Origin: an uncultured Candidatus Planktophila sp.
GTDB taxonomy: Bacteria > Actinomycetota > Actinomycetes > Nanopelagicales > Nanopelagicaceae
Direction: 5' to 3'
DNA length: 64,000 nucleotides
Assembly (NCBI GenBank): GCA_964497665.1
Contig: CAZCDF010000001.1
Span: 1,957-65,956, forward strand
Shown: one piece after another, positions 41,281 to 52,018 of the stretch
Position numbering within the stretch: position 1 is the stretch's first letter
Layout of the letters: each line of letters starts with the position of its first letter
Program-made: the position numbers and the translations under genes
Notes under the pieces: generated by a model
Told to the model about the DNA's origin: nothing
Seen by the model: the letters and a program-made list of their open reading frames with translations, nothing else
Databases searched by the model: none

Positions 41281-41813
41281 CAGTGAGCCTCACCTTCGAT
41301 AGCAACCTCATCGCGACCATCTATTTCACCAAGTAAAACTCGAACCGATTGAGCTATGGAGGTTGGTAGGTTTTTGCCAACGTAATCAGCCTTGATCGGA
41401 AGCTCCCTATGTCCTCTATCAACTAAGGTCGCTAGCTGCACCGTGCGAGGTCTTCCTATCTCGCCCAACGCATCAAGTGCGGCACGGATTGTTCGGCCGG
41501 AGAACAAAACATCATCAACAAGGATTACATCCTTATCTTCTATTCCACTAGGTGGGATAGTCGTTGGCATGATCGCTCGTGGAGCGCGCAGACGTAAGTC
41601 ATCTCTGAATAAAGTTATATCTAAGGTTCCACATGGAGTCTCCACGCCTTCGATCTCGGAAATAATCGCAGCGATTCGCTGGGCAAGATGGGCCCCACGT
41701 GTCGGAATTCCTAAGAGAACAATGGAGGATGAGCCTTGATTTTTCTCAAGGATTTCATGGGAGATGCGGGTAAGAGCACGTTTAATGTCGGGTGCAGACA
41801 GGGCTACGCTCAT
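41280..41813 (-). CDS. pyrR: PyrR pyrimidine regulator / uracil PRTase
   Basis: [44 protein letters not shown]; ATG 41813 after AAAGGAG. Confidence 0.95.
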   Translation of the reverse strand: MSVALSAPDIKRALTRISHEILEKNQGSSSIVLLGIPTRGAHLAQRIAAIISEIEGVETPCGTLDITLFRDDLRLRAPRAIMPTTIPPSGIEDKDVILVDDVLFSGRTIRAALDALGEIGRPRTVQLATLVDRGHRELPIKADYVGKNLPTSIAQSVRVLLGEIDGRDEVAIEGEAH

Positions 41814-41820
41814 GTAAATC

Positions 41821-41855
41821 TCCTTTCCCACCTCTCAGGATGGGTCGTTAAAGGA
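41821..41855 (-). promoter_or_regulatory. PyrR-binding stem-loop overlapping the pyrR ribosome-binding site
   Basis: Minus strand UCCUUUAA-CGACCCA-UCCUGAGAGG-UGGG-AAAGGA: CUUUAA internal-loop motif, UCC.GAGAGG loop motif, and a closing stem that uses the SD; TAGTAT -10 at 41871-41866. Confidence 0.85.
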
Positions 41856-41936
41856 TGCAGGCGCGATACTAGCATCGATTCTCACGCCCTGTGGATAATG
41901 AAAAATCAGTGTCCGGCTCCTCAATACCCTGCGGGC

Positions 41937-42401
41937 ATGAATTCACAAGAAGAGCTTGTCCAACTACACCGCAGATTACGCACCATCAGAGAGAGTAAGG
42001 CTCTGACCCTGAATCAAGTCGCCGCCCGCAGCGATGGGCGAATCTCCGCTATAGCCCTTGGTTCCTATGAACGTGGAGATAGATCGATAAGTGCCCAGAA
42101 GCTTCTAGAGCTCGCCGAGATTTATCAACTGCCAGCTGCTGAGTTGTTTTCGCAACCAGAGCAACTACTAGAGCAAGGAAGAGTCGTAATTGATTTTCGC
42201 AAACTCACCAACGACTCTGATCCTTCCAGCTTGAGGATGCGTGAGATCGTTACCGCCATCGCATCTGTTCGCCGAGATTGGAATGGCGAAGTCATTTCGC
42301 TGCGAGAAAGCGATGTCAGATCTCTTCAGATCTTTGCCTCCCTATCGGGAGCGGAGATCAATGCGTTATTGAATAGGTACGCACTCACTAAATCGAAATA
42401 G
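41937..42401 (+). CDS. bldD: BldD-like XRE-HTH transcriptional regulator with c-di-GMP-type C-terminal motif
   Basis: LR.IR....L.L..V...S.GR..A..LGSYERGDR; C-terminal RRDWNGEVISLRESD (RxD-X8-RxxD); position between pyrR and nusB; start refined to ATG 41937 (TACCCT -10, 6 nt spacer). Confidence 0.82.
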   Translation: MNSQEELVQLHRRLRTIRESKALTLNQVAARSDGRISAIALGSYERGDRSISAQKLLELAEIYQLPAAELFSQPEQLLEQGRVVIDFRKLTNDSDPSSLRMREIVTAIASVRRDWNGEVISLRESDVRSLQIFASLSGAEINALLNRYALTKSK

Positions 42402-42810
42402 TGTCTTTGATGCTTGCTATGCGACCTAAAACTCCGTGAATATACTTCGAGGAGTCATCACTAGAGAGCTCTTTAGCCAGAATAAGCGCTTCATCAATCG
42501 CCACGCTCGTAGGTACATCGGTAGACCAGAGAACCTCGTAGATTCCTAGACGGAGAATATTTCGATCGACCGCAGGCAAGCGATCCATATCCCAGCCCTG
42601 CGCATAGGTCGTAATCAACTCATCAATCTTTCGACGATTGTCAGAGACACCATTTACTAACTCTTTGGTGTAATCCCGAATCGGACGTGCATCGGGACCA
42701 TCGGCAGGGATGTCACGGGCGTTCAGGGTCTCAACAAGATTGGTCCCCCGAATATCGGTTTCATACAAAAGATCTAGCGCTTGTTTGCGCGCCTTGCTAC
42801 GAGCGGACAC
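42388..42810 (-). CDS. nusB: Transcription antitermination factor NusB
   Basis: RSKARKQA, W..DRLP.VDRNILR, IDEA..LAK..S. Confidence 0.94.
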   Translation of the reverse strand: MSARSKARKQALDLLYETDIRGTNLVETLNARDIPADGPDARPIRDYTKELVNGVSDNRRKIDELITTYAQGWDMDRLPAVDRNILRLGIYEVLWSTDVPTSVAIDEALILAKELSSDDSSKYIHGVLGRIASIKDTISI

Positions 42811-43370
42811 TAGTTAGCGCGACCCTGGTATGACCCATCGCGTGTGTCAACTAAAACAACTTCATCTTGTTTGATAAAGAGTGGAACCTGGATCTCAATG
42901 CCGGTTTCAACTGTTGCAGGCTTTGTACCACCAGATGAGCGATCGCCCTGGATTCCTGGCTCTGTGTAGGTAATCTTCAGTGGCACGGATGCTGCAAGTT
43001 CGATGTATAGAGGGTTGCCTTCATTGACTGCAACGATTGCTTCAGTGTTTTCCAACATGTAGTTAGCTGCATCGCCGACAGTTGCTGCACTAATTGTCAT
43101 CTGGTCGTAAGTCTTTGTATCCATGAATACGAAATCATCACCCTCTTTGTAGAGGTACTGCATCTCACGCTTTTCAAGGATTGCAACATCAACCTTTACA
43201 CCAGCGTTGTAGGTTTTATCTACAACCTTGCCGCTTAAAACCGACTTGAGCTTTGTGCGAACAAATGCCGGACCCTTGCCTGGCTTAACATGCTGGAACT
43301 CGACGACAGTCCACAACTGGCCTTCAATATCCAAGGTCATTCCATTTTTCAAATCATTTGTTGTTGCCAC
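42810..43370 (-). CDS. efp: Elongation factor P
   Basis: [37 protein letters not shown]. Confidence 0.97.
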   Translation of the reverse strand: MATTNDLKNGMTLDIEGQLWTVVEFQHVKPGKGPAFVRTKLKSVLSGKVVDKTYNAGVKVDVAILEKREMQYLYKEGDDFVFMDTKTYDQMTISAATVGDAANYMLENTEAIVAVNEGNPLYIELAASVPLKITYTEPGIQGDRSSGGTKPATVETGIEIQVPLFIKQDEVVLVDTRDGSYQGRAN

Positions 43371-43447
43371 AGCTAATCCACCCGCTCTGTATCGATACCT
43401 ATTGATTTACGAAGGTATAAGGATACCCGCTCAAAGGGTGTGGTTTG

Positions 43448-43882
43448 TTACTTTGAAAGCAGGTTTGTCAGAGCAATGATGGCTAAAACATAGGAATTCG
43501 GACCGAATCCTCCGATAGTTCCATTGGCCACTCCAGAAATAACCGATGTGTGGCGGAACTCTTCACGGCTTAATGGGTTAGACAAGTGGACTTCAATCAA
43601 GGGAGCTTTTACCAACTCCGCAGCATCGCGGATCGCATATGAGTAATGTGTAAATGCCGCCGGGTTAATGATTACAGGAAGCTTCGCATCTGCAGCCTCG
43701 TGCAGCCATCCAATAATTGTTGCCTCATCATCGCTTTGACGAACATCGGCTTCAAATCCATGCTTAGTTGCCGCAATCTCAATGAGGCTCTTTAACTCCC
43801 CGTAGTTAAGATCGCCATAAATTGAAGAATCCCGAATATCTAATCGCGAAAGATTAGGTCCATTTATCACAAGAATCTTCAT
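43448..43882 (-). CDS. aroQ: Type II 3-dehydroquinate dehydratase
   Basis: INGPNL, INPAAFTHYS, EVHLSN..RE.FRH. Confidence 0.94.
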   Translation of the reverse strand: MKILVINGPNLSRLDIRDSSIYGDLNYGELKSLIEIAATKHGFEADVRQSDDEATIIGWLHEAADAKLPVIINPAAFTHYSYAIRDAAELVKAPLIEVHLSNPLSREEFRHTSVISGVANGTIGGFGPNSYVLAIIALTNLLSK

Positions 43883-44934
43883 AGGCTAATTCTCTCATAC
43901 GCAGCATCGAGTTCGGCAGAGGATAAATCCTCAAGTCGAATAGTTGACCCAACACCCTGCAAGGCTACGAAACGAATAGTGTTGCCGCGAGCTTTTTTGT
44001 CGAGAGCCAGCAACGGTGCCAATTTTTGCCAAGCTTGGCGGTCGTAGGAGGTTGGTAGTTCAAATCGTTTCAACAGATCTCGATGTTGTTGAAGTACTGA
44101 AGCATCAATTAATCCCCTGGCTGCTGCTAATTCAGCCACAAACACCATTCCGATTGCTACCGCTTCTCCGTGGCGCAATTGATACTTCGCATGAATTTCA
44201 ATCGCATGACCCAATGTATGGCCATAATTCAGCGCCTCTCGTGCAAAACTCTCTTTAAAATCAGAGGAGACAACCTTCGCCTTTACCGTGACAGCTCTAG
44301 TTATTAACTCTTGGACAGTGTTGTGATCAGCAAGGGCATTACTTGGATCCAACGCATTTGCCAAAGTGAGAATTTTTGAATCATCAATAAATCCGCATTT
44401 AATGACCTCTGCCATACCTGCGGAGAAATCTCGCGCTGAAAGCGTGTTCAAAAAGTTGAGATCAACCAGCACAGATAACGGTGAATGAAAGGATCCGATG
44501 AGATTCTTCCCATAATCTGAGTTGATTCCAGTCTTTCCGCCAACTGATGCATCCACCATTCCAGCCAGGGATGTTGGCACGGCGATCCAATCAACACCTC
44601 TAAGCCATGTTGCCGCTGTAAACCCAGCAAGATCGGTTACAGCTCCCCCACCAATTCCAACGATTAAATCTGAACGGGTAAAGCCGGCAGCTCCCAACCA
44701 ATTCCACAAGGAGATTAATGTGTTTGCACTCTTGGCATCTTCACCATCTGGAACCTCAAAGATATGAACATCAGAATCAACTGATTTGATAGTGCTTAAA
44801 TCTGGGATAAATGAGGCGGACACTACTACTGCAACCCTTGTGCGGTTCTTCATGCTCGATACAAGTGTTGAACTCCAGTCACAACCAATCAGCACCGAGT
44901 ACTCATGCTCTGCTTTAACGATTACCGTGTTCAT
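43879..44934 (-). CDS. aroB: 3-dehydroquinate synthase
   Basis: GGGAVTDLAGF.AA, VDASVGGKTGIN, GKNLIG.F, LNYGHT.GHA, HGEAV. Confidence 0.95.
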   Translation of the reverse strand: MNTVIVKAEHEYSVLIGCDWSSTLVSSMKNRTRVAVVVSASFIPDLSTIKSVDSDVHIFEVPDGEDAKSANTLISLWNWLGAAGFTRSDLIVGIGGGAVTDLAGFTAATWLRGVDWIAVPTSLAGMVDASVGGKTGINSDYGKNLIGSFHSPLSVLVDLNFLNTLSARDFSAGMAEVIKCGFIDDSKILTLANALDPSNALADHNTVQELITRAVTVKAKVVSSDFKESFAREALNYGHTLGHAIEIHAKYQLRHGEAVAIGMVFVAELAAARGLIDASVLQQHRDLLKRFELPTSYDRQAWQKLAPLLALDKKARGNTIRFVALQGVGSTIRLEDLSSAELDAAYERISL

Positions 44935-45434
44935 GGCGCACTCTTAGCTATCGCATCGACAATTGCAGGGACATCCATATCATCAACTTTAATGGTTACA
45001 TCAGCTAATCGCTCATAGATAGGACGGCGATTATCACTGAGCGATTGCCACTGGGCGCGTGGATTCCCGAGAAGAAGTGGTCGGTCGCGATTAAATCCCA
45101 CTCGTGGAGCAGCGGTTGCTAAAGAGACATCAAGGAAAACTACATGGGAAGCTGATTGAGATATTGCGGCTTGAGCTTGATCAGAGACGGGTGCGCCTCC
45201 TCCCAAACTAACAACGGCATCATTTTCAGTTAATACATGTGACAAGGTTTCAAACTCCAGCGCTCTAAATGCTGGCTCACCATCTACCACGAAGATATCG
45301 GTTATAGCCTTGCCACTCTTTTCCTCTATTAATGCATCGGTATCGAGAAATCTCATAGATAGATGCTCGGCCAAGGCACGACCAACAGTGCTCTTTCCTG
45401 CTCCAGGTGGGCCAATCAAAACTATTCGGCGCAT
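44931..45434 (-). CDS. aroK: Shikimate kinase
   Basis: GPPGAGKST, DTD, GEPAFR, SLGGG, RPLL. Confidence 0.94.
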   Translation of the reverse strand: MRRIVLIGPPGAGKSTVGRALAEHLSMRFLDTDALIEEKSGKAITDIFVVDGEPAFRALEFETLSHVLTENDAVVSLGGGAPVSDQAQAAISQSASHVVFLDVSLATAAPRVGFNRDRPLLLGNPRAQWQSLSDNRRPIYERLADVTIKVDDMDVPAIVDAIAKSAP

Positions 45435-45442
45435 TGGACTAC

Positions 45443-46624
45443 TTACTTAAAATTGAGATTGTTGATGTAGGACTCAAAGTTGCGACGTGTTTCAGTTACC
45501 GAATCTCCGCCAAATTTTTCTAAGACCGCCTCGGCAAGCACGAGTGCAACCATCGCCTCAGCTACAACTCCAGCAGCTGGTACTGCACACACATCTGAGC
45601 GCTGGTTGATCGCTTTTGCAGCTTCACCAGTGGCAACATCAATGGTGTCTAACGCCTTAGGCACTGTAGAAATAGGCTTCATTGCAGCTCTTACTCGAAG
45701 TATTTCTCCGTTCGACATTCCACCTTCAGTGCCTCCAGCTCGATCGGTACGACGAGCGATCATGCCTTGAGCGTTCTTTTCGATTTCATCGTGCGCGACC
45801 GAACCTCTGCGTGTTGCTGTTTGAAATCCATCACCAATTTCAACACCTTTAATAGCTTGAATTCCCATCACAGCGCCTGCGAGTTTCGAATCTAATCGTC
45901 GATCCCAGTGCACATGTGAACCCAATCCAGGTGGCATATTGAAAGCTAAAACTTCAACAACCCCACCAAGGGTGTCTCCGTCGCGATGTGCTTTTTCAAT
46001 CTCAGCGATCATTAGTTCACTGCTTGCTGAATCGGCACAGCGAACAGGATCAGCATCAATTATCTTCATATCCCCAGCAGAAGGTAAAACCGTTTCATCC
46101 GGAACGCGCACCGAACCAATCGATAAAACATGACTCAAAATAGTTATTCCGACACTCTGCTCCAGGAAGTTTCGTGCCACAGCTCCCAGTGCAACTCGTG
46201 CAGCTGTTTCGCGGGCACTTGCTCGTTCCAAAATTGGTCGTGCATCATCAAAGTCATATTTCTGCATTCCCACTAGATCTGCATGTCCCGGTCGAGGTCG
46301 CGTCAATGGTGCATTTCTTGCAAGATCTTTGATCTCATCCCCGGGAACAGGATCTGCTGACATAACCTTTTCCCATTTTGGCCATTCGGAGTTTGCAACC
46401 TGGATTGCTATAGGACCACCTTGGGTAAGACCTAAGCGAACACCACCAAGTATCGTGACCTTGTCCGCTTCAAAGTTTTGGCGTGCACCACGTCCTACGC
46501 CGAGACGACGACGTTCGAGGTGATAATCGATATCTGCGGTCGTGACCGACACCGAGGCGGGAATACCTTCAACAATCGCACTTAGTGCTTGACCATGAGA
46601 CTCACCCGCAGTTAACCAACGCAT
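45443..46624 (-). CDS. aroC: Chorismate synthase
   Basis: [39 protein letters not shown]; start refined to ATG 46624. Confidence 0.96.
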   Translation of the reverse strand: MRWLTAGESHGQALSAIVEGIPASVSVTTADIDYHLERRRLGVGRGARQNFEADKVTILGGVRLGLTQGGPIAIQVANSEWPKWEKVMSADPVPGDEIKDLARNAPLTRPRPGHADLVGMQKYDFDDARPILERASARETAARVALGAVARNFLEQSVGITILSHVLSIGSVRVPDETVLPSAGDMKIIDADPVRCADSASSELMIAEIEKAHRDGDTLGGVVEVLAFNMPPGLGSHVHWDRRLDSKLAGAVMGIQAIKGVEIGDGFQTATRRGSVAHDEIEKNAQGMIARRTDRAGGTEGGMSNGEILRVRAAMKPISTVPKALDTIDVATGEAAKAINQRSDVCAVPAAGVVAEAMVALVLAEAVLEKFGGDSVTETRRNFESYINNLNFK

Positions 46625-46649
46625 GTGCATATTGTGGCAGATGAAGAGG

Positions 46650-47051
46650 TTATCTCGTTGCCAAATAAAGAAATAGCCCCATGAAAATGCTTGGAGCAAG
46701 GGGCATTTGGTCTGGAGTTGATCTCTTGATTAGCCTCAGTGAAATCAGATGGAGGGCCGCACATAGGAGTATGTAGCTGGCATAAGAAAAGTATCCATAA
46801 AAACCCAAAGAGTTAAGAGCTGCTCCAATTATAAATAGAAGTTTTACATCCCCCATTCCCATTCCAAAAAGATGGAGAACAACAAGGGCTACGAGAAAGA
46901 GGCACAACTGAGTGAGATCTCCAAGGCCATTTATGATTAAAAGCGGAATCGTTAACAGCAGCATGACGGAAAGGTAAATATTCGGGATTTTATGCTCTTT
47001 CATATCAGCGATACAGATTGGTACCGACACAAGAAAAAGTGCAAAGCTCAT
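46650..47051 (-). CDS. Short A24 prepilin peptidase (TadV/CpaA-like)
   Basis: D..EHKIPN and GMGMGDVKL catalytic Asp motifs, P.AP C-terminus, hydrophobic; usual aroE-aroC position. Confidence 0.75.
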   Translation of the reverse strand: MSFALFLVSVPICIADMKEHKIPNIYLSVMLLLTIPLLIINGLGDLTQLCLFLVALVVLHLFGMGMGDVKLLFIIGAALNSLGFYGYFSYASYILLCAALHLISLRLIKRSTPDQMPLAPSIFMGLFLYLATR

Positions 47052-47097
47052 GCAAGTAGATTAAAGAGTGACAAGCAGAGGAAATAACCGCTGTGGA

Positions 47098-47895
47098 TTA
47101 ACCCAACTGCTTGAGCGCAGCCTCTCGCATCAATGTATGAAGCTCGGTGCGATCGACAGACTTTTCAGAGAAGATCTCTACCTGAGAAATACCCTGATGA
47201 ATAAGTAACTCAACACCGTCAATAACCTTGGCACCTGATGTTGACCATGCCTGAGCGAGTTTTGTGGGCCAAGGGTTGTACAAAACTTCAAAGAGAACTC
47301 CTCTGGGCTGTGACACTGAGGGAAGAAAATCTTCTCCTGCGTTTCCTGGCGTGGTGTTAATAATCAAATCAGCTGAGTTGATTAACTCCGTTGCACCCCA
47401 TGGGAGGTAATCAATCTTGATTGAACTCGATGAGTCCATACCTGCTTGGCGTGCCGTGTTTCGGTTTACAACGTGAATCTTTTCCGAGATACCAGAGAGA
47501 TAGGCGACCGCTGCTCTTGCGGTAGCTCCAGCACCTAAGATCAAGACCGAATTCAAGGATGTAATTCCATGCGACTTGAGTGAGTATTCGAAACCCGCTA
47601 CATCAGTGCTTTCCAAATTCCACTTGTTGTTGCGCAGAAAAAGTGTGTTTCCACCTGAAATCTTTTTGGCGGTCTCAGATATCTCATCTGCAATGAGCAA
47701 AGCTTCTTCCTTTAATGGCATGGTCAGAGATAAACAGTTCTTCTGTGTACCCTTTATAAAGGAGGACAACTCCCCCGAACCTACCTCTATCGCTTCATAC
47801 GATCCTTGTATCCCACAATGTTGGTAGGCGATTGCGTGGAGAAGTGGGCTCAGTGAATGAGCTATAGGTGAACCAAGCACCGCCCCATTAATCAT
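47098..47895 (-). CDS. aroE: Shikimate dehydrogenase
   Basis: GSPIAHSLSP, SLTMPLK, NT, TD..G, GAGATA, Y.PWPT.L. Confidence 0.92.
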   Translation of the reverse strand: MINGAVLGSPIAHSLSPLLHAIAYQHCGIQGSYEAIEVGSGELSSFIKGTQKNCLSLTMPLKEEALLIADEISETAKKISGGNTLFLRNNKWNLESTDVAGFEYSLKSHGITSLNSVLILGAGATARAAVAYLSGISEKIHVVNRNTARQAGMDSSSSIKIDYLPWGATELINSADLIINTTPGNAGEDFLPSVSQPRGVLFEVLYNPWPTKLAQAWSTSGAKVIDGVELLIHQGISQVEIFSEKSVDRTELHTLMREAALKQLG

Positions 47896-48911
47896 TTGAA
47901 TGCACCGGCCTTCCGATTCTTTGTATAGATAGCTTTCCAGGTATTGAACTCATCTAAGCTCGAAGTAAAGCGGGTGTCACCAGGTGCAACGGTAATGAAG
48001 TACAACCAATCTCCTGCAACTGGTTCAAGCGTTGCCTTAATCGCGTCAGCCCCGGGGTTACATATAGGACCCGGCGGAAGACCATACCTGCGATAGGTGT
48101 TGTAGGGCGAGTTCAGCATCGTTGATTTACGGCTAAGAAAAATATCGCCCCTTGCTTGCATGATGTAGTGAACCGTCGAATCCATCTGCAACGGCATGCC
48201 AATCTTTAATCGATTGTAAATAACCCTCGAGACCTTTGAGAAATCTTGAGTTGAACCTTCGGCCTGAATAATCGATGCGATAGTTAATAGTTGCTGCGGA
48301 GAATATTGCGAGCTTCCCTGCAGCAATTTTTTCGCATAACTATCCTCAGTAAACCTCTCGACTAAGCGCTGGGCGGCCTGAGCTGCCGTTGTTCCCTCTG
48401 GAAATGAGTACTGCGCAGGAAAGAGCAATCCTTCGCTACTTGAAAAACCTTTAGGAAGTTTTAAGGAAGAGAAAGCTCGACTTATCTCCGAACGGTTGAA
48501 GCCGTAAGCGAGAAATGCTTCCTGAATCTCACTGCGCCACGCTCCCTCATTGATCCTAATCAAATTTGGGATCCGCTCTGGATCCAAGAGTTGTTCTAGT
48601 GCTTGCTGCGCTGAAATTTTAAGGGTTAAGCGATGGCTGCCTGGTGCCACCTTCTGTGATCGTTCATCGGCGACGGCCACTCGAAAAAATGCCTCAGTTG
48701 ATTTCACTACCCCAGCCTCATACAAGATCGCCGCTATCTCTGATCCGGAAGCTCCCGTCGGAACTTCAATGGTGACCTCCTCCAAACCCTCGACAGAGGT
48801 GAGGGTGTTGTAATCCGGTGTTGTTGATGAAATAGAGCGAATCAAAAAGAGAGAAAAGGTGAAAAGAAAAATCACCAATCCCGCTGCAATTAAGCGTCTA
48901 AGACTTTTCAC
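47892..48911 (-). CDS. mltG: Endolytic transglycosylase
   Basis: N-terminal TM segment, EGLLFP..Y, IASIIQAE, VIYNRL..GM.LQ.D, SPYNTY...GLPPGPI.NPG. Confidence 0.93.
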   Translation of the reverse strand: MKSLRRLIAAGLVIFLFTFSLFLIRSISSTTPDYNTLTSVEGLEEVTIEVPTGASGSEIAAILYEAGVVKSTEAFFRVAVADERSQKVAPGSHRLTLKISAQQALEQLLDPERIPNLIRINEGAWRSEIQEAFLAYGFNRSEISRAFSSLKLPKGFSSSEGLLFPAQYSFPEGTTAAQAAQRLVERFTEDSYAKKLLQGSSQYSPQQLLTIASIIQAEGSTQDFSKVSRVIYNRLKIGMPLQMDSTVHYIMQARGDIFLSRKSTMLNSPYNTYRRYGLPPGPICNPGADAIKATLEPVAGDWLYFITVAPGDTRFTSSLDEFNTWKAIYTKNRKAGAFK

Positions 48912-49336
48912 TGAGCGCCCTTTTGAAGTTCTATGCCAAAATCTAAAATCGCTACCGCAGCGGCCATATCTATTGAACCCTTAGAGTCCTTCGCATTCTT
49001 GCCCGCTTCGCGAAGATTGCGTGCTGCACTTACAGTGGACATTCGTTCATCAATCATCACAATTTCAGCCTGTGTGAGCTCTGCTAATTGCTTCGCAAAA
49101 GCAACCGCTTTCTCGGAAGCAGAACCATCTGCTCCGCTTAGGAGAGCTGGTTTGCCGACAAATATTTGTACTGGATCGATCTCCTCGAAAATAGTAGAAA
49201 TGCTCTTCAATAGAGCTTTATCTGAACTTTTTAATGTTGTCAGTGGCGAAGAGAGAATCGAATCGGCATCACTAACGGCAACTCCGATGCGGACATCACC
49301 GTAGTCAAAGGCGATACGACGACCACGTTGCATCAT
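48908..49336 (-). CDS. ruvX: YqgF/RuvX nuclease (pre-16S rRNA processing)
   Basis: DYGDVRIGVAVSD, DERMST, ID..AA..IL; directly after alaS. Confidence 0.92.
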   Translation of the reverse strand: MMQRGRRIAFDYGDVRIGVAVSDADSILSSPLTTLKSSDKALLKSISTIFEEIDPVQIFVGKPALLSGADGSASEKAVAFAKQLAELTQAEIVMIDERMSTVSAARNLREAGKNAKDSKGSIDMAAAVAILDFGIELQKGAQ

Positions 49337-52009
49337 CTATCCAAGTAAAGATTGTGAGATAGCGGCTATTGCATCCAAAGATTTTTCAGGATTTGTGCCT
49401 CCGCCTTGAGCAAAGTCATCCTTGCCCCCGCCACCGCCACCGAGAACGGTAGAGCCGATCTTCACCAAAGCTCCAGCCTTAACACCCTTGGCACGTGCAT
49501 CATCACTGATGGCGACGACCAACACAGGTTTGCCCTCGTTACTACTTACAAGCGCAACAACAGAGTTTGCGTGTTGGGCTCTCAAATCTATCGCGATCTT
49601 TCGTAGATCATCTCCAGAGACACCATCGGACATCACAGAACCAATAAATGTAAATCCGTTAACATCCTGCGCTGATTTTCCAAGATCTCCGGCTTGAGTG
49701 AGAGCTTGTGCAGATCTAACCGCAGCTAACTCCTTCTCAATCTCCTTCATCTTGTTCAACATATCTGCGATGCGCTCTGGTAACTCTTCCGTGCGGGCAC
49801 CTTTAATCAGATCGGTTAAGGAGTTAAGCAAGATATGTTCACGAGCTAAGAAACGATAAGCATCGACACCGACTAGCGCCTCGACACGTCGTACCCCTGC
49901 GCCAATTGAAGATTCACCCAAGAGTTTCACAACACCCAATTGACCAGAGCGAGCAACGTGGGTTCCTCCGCACAATTCGCGGGCCCAATCTCCAACACTG
50001 ACAACTCGAACAACATCGCCATACTTTTCACCAAAGAGCGCCATCGCACCTAGCTCTTTAGCCTTAGCTTGAGACATGCTTTCTGCTGTAACTTCGAGAT
50101 TATCGAGCAACAGAGTATTAACCCGTGATTCAACCTCATCGAGAACCGCAGCAGAAACAGCACCAGTTGCTGGAAAATCAAAACGGAAACGACCTGGGGA
50201 GTTTTCTGAACCAGCTTGAGTTGCTGTTTCTCCTAAGATTTCCCGGAATGCTTTGTGAACCATGTGTGTTGCTGTGTGAGCGCGGGAAATCGCAGCTCTG
50301 CGCTCGGCATCGATCTCTGCTAGCGCATCTGAACCAACATCAACGGAGCCATTAAGAACACGTCCTCGGTGCACAGAAACACCTGGCACCGGTGATTGGA
50401 CATCATCAATCTCTACAACAGCACCATTGCTTAAAGTAATTCGACCACCATCTGCTAATTGACCACCACCCTCAGCGTAAAAGGGGGTACGGTTCAAAAT
50501 AATCTCTACATCATCACCCTCGGAGGCGGTCGAAACCCCGACTCCATCGACAAGAATTCCAGTTAACTGAGATTCAGAGGCAAGGTGCGAGTAACCCAAG
50601 AACTCAGTTTTGCCACTCTTGTCTGCAATTGCACGATACACAGAGACATCTGTGTGCCCAGATTTCTTCGCCTTAGCATCAGCCTTGGCGCGATCCCTTT
50701 GCTCCTTCATGAGGCGTCGGAAGCCATCCTCATCAACACTTAAACCCTCTTCACGGGCCATCTCCAAAGTTAAATCAAATGGAAATCCGTAGGTGTCGTG
50801 AAGTTTGAAAACTTCTTCACCTGGCAACACATTGCTCTTACTCTTTTTGAGTGCAGTTGATGCCAAATCAAAGATTTGAGTTCCACTCTTTAGCGTCTGA
50901 AGGAAGCTTTCCTCCTCGGAGGCACTTACTGTGAGGATGCGATTCTTATCTGAAACTAATTCAGGGTATTGCGGACCCATCGCGCCGATCGCGGCAACTG
51001 TTAGCTCAGACATGATCGGATCCATAGATCCTAAAAGACGCATATTGCGAATAGTTCGTCGCATCATTCGACGAAGAACATACCCTCGTCCCTCATTACC
51101 TGGTGTTACACCATCGCCGATCAACATCGCAGATGTTCTCGCATGATCTGCGATAACACGTAAGGAGACATCTGATTTTTCAGATGCTCCGTACTTAACA
51201 CCTGTTAACTCAGATGCGCGGTTAAGAATCTGGATAGTTGTGTCGATTTCATAAATATTCTCAACACCTTGGAGTAAAGCCGCGGTTCGTTCAAGTCCTA
51301 AACCGGTATCAATGCTCTTTGCCGGAAGCTCGCCCAGGATTGGATATCCATCCTTTCCTCCACCGGCTCCTCTTTCATTTTGCATGAAAACAAGGTTCCA
51401 GACCTCCAAATAACGATTCTCATCGGCGATCGGACCGCCTTCAACACCATATGCAGGACCTCGGTCGTAATAGATCTCTGAACAGGGACCGCAAGGGCCA
51501 GGTACACCCATTGACCAAAAGTTGTCCGCCATATCGCGACGTTGGATACGTTCCTTTGGTACACCGATCTGCTTGTGCCAAATATCAGCTGCCTCATCAT
51601 CATCAAGATAGACGGTGACCCACAACTTTTCCTCTGGAAAACCGTAACCACCATCTGCGATTGGACGAGTCAGTAACTCCCATGCAAGAGCGATCGCTCC
51701 CTCTTTAAAGTAATCTCCGAAGGAAAAGTTTCCACACATTTGGAAAAAAGAGGCGTGGCGAGTTGTTTTACCAACCTCATCAATATCCAAGGTGCGGACA
51801 CACTTTTGAACTGAGGTTGCACGCTTGTAAGGAGGTGTGACCTCACCTAGAAAGTAGGGTTTGAAGGGAACCATGCCGGCATTGACCAGCAAAAGATTTG
51901 GATCATCTGCAATTAATGAAGCAGAAGGAACAACTGTATGGGTTAACCCTTGACGGTTGTCAGATTCAAAGAAGCGCAGCCAGCGCGAACGGATCTCGGC
52001 GGATTCCAC
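49337..52009 (-). CDS. alaS: Alanine--tRNA ligase
   Basis: [36 protein letters not shown] and ELCGGTH editing motifs, GGGG C-terminus. Confidence 0.97.
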   Translation of the reverse strand: MESAEIRSRWLRFFESDNRQGLTHTVVPSASLIADDPNLLLVNAGMVPFKPYFLGEVTPPYKRATSVQKCVRTLDIDEVGKTTRHASFFQMCGNFSFGDYFKEGAIALAWELLTRPIADGGYGFPEEKLWVTVYLDDDEAADIWHKQIGVPKERIQRRDMADNFWSMGVPGPCGPCSEIYYDRGPAYGVEGGPIADENRYLEVWNLVFMQNERGAGGGKDGYPILGELPAKSIDTGLGLERTAALLQGVENIYEIDTTIQILNRASELTGVKYGASEKSDVSLRVIADHARTSAMLIGDGVTPGNEGRGYVLRRMMRRTIRNMRLLGSMDPIMSELTVAAIGAMGPQYPELVSDKNRILTVSASEEESFLQTLKSGTQIFDLASTALKKSKSNVLPGEEVFKLHDTYGFPFDLTLEMAREEGLSVDEDGFRRLMKEQRDRAKADAKAKKSGHTDVSVYRAIADKSGKTEFLGYSHLASESQLTGILVDGVGVSTASEGDDVEIILNRTPFYAEGGGQLADGGRITLSNGAVVEIDDVQSPVPGVSVHRGRVLNGSVDVGSDALAEIDAERRAAISRAHTATHMVHKAFREILGETATQAGSENSPGRFRFDFPATGAVSAAVLDEVESRVNTLLLDNLEVTAESMSQAKAKELGAMALFGEKYGDVVRVVSVGDWARELCGGTHVARSGQLGVVKLLGESSIGAGVRRVEALVGVDAYRFLAREHILLNSLTDLIKGARTEELPERIADMLNKMKEIEKELAAVRSAQALTQAGDLGKSAQDVNGFTFIGSVMSDGVSGDDLRKIAIDLRAQHANSVVALVSSNEGKPVLVVAISDDARAKGVKAGALVKIGSTVLGGGGGGKDDFAQGGGTNPEKSLDAIAAISQSLLG

Positions 52010-52018
52010 TAGTAAGGA

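Noticed and set aside
43380-43432. 8-bp direct repeat ACCCGCTC (43380-43387, 43425-43432) upstream of efp
   Set aside because: Short and only two copies, one of which coincides with the probable SD region; not distinguishable from chance without conservation data
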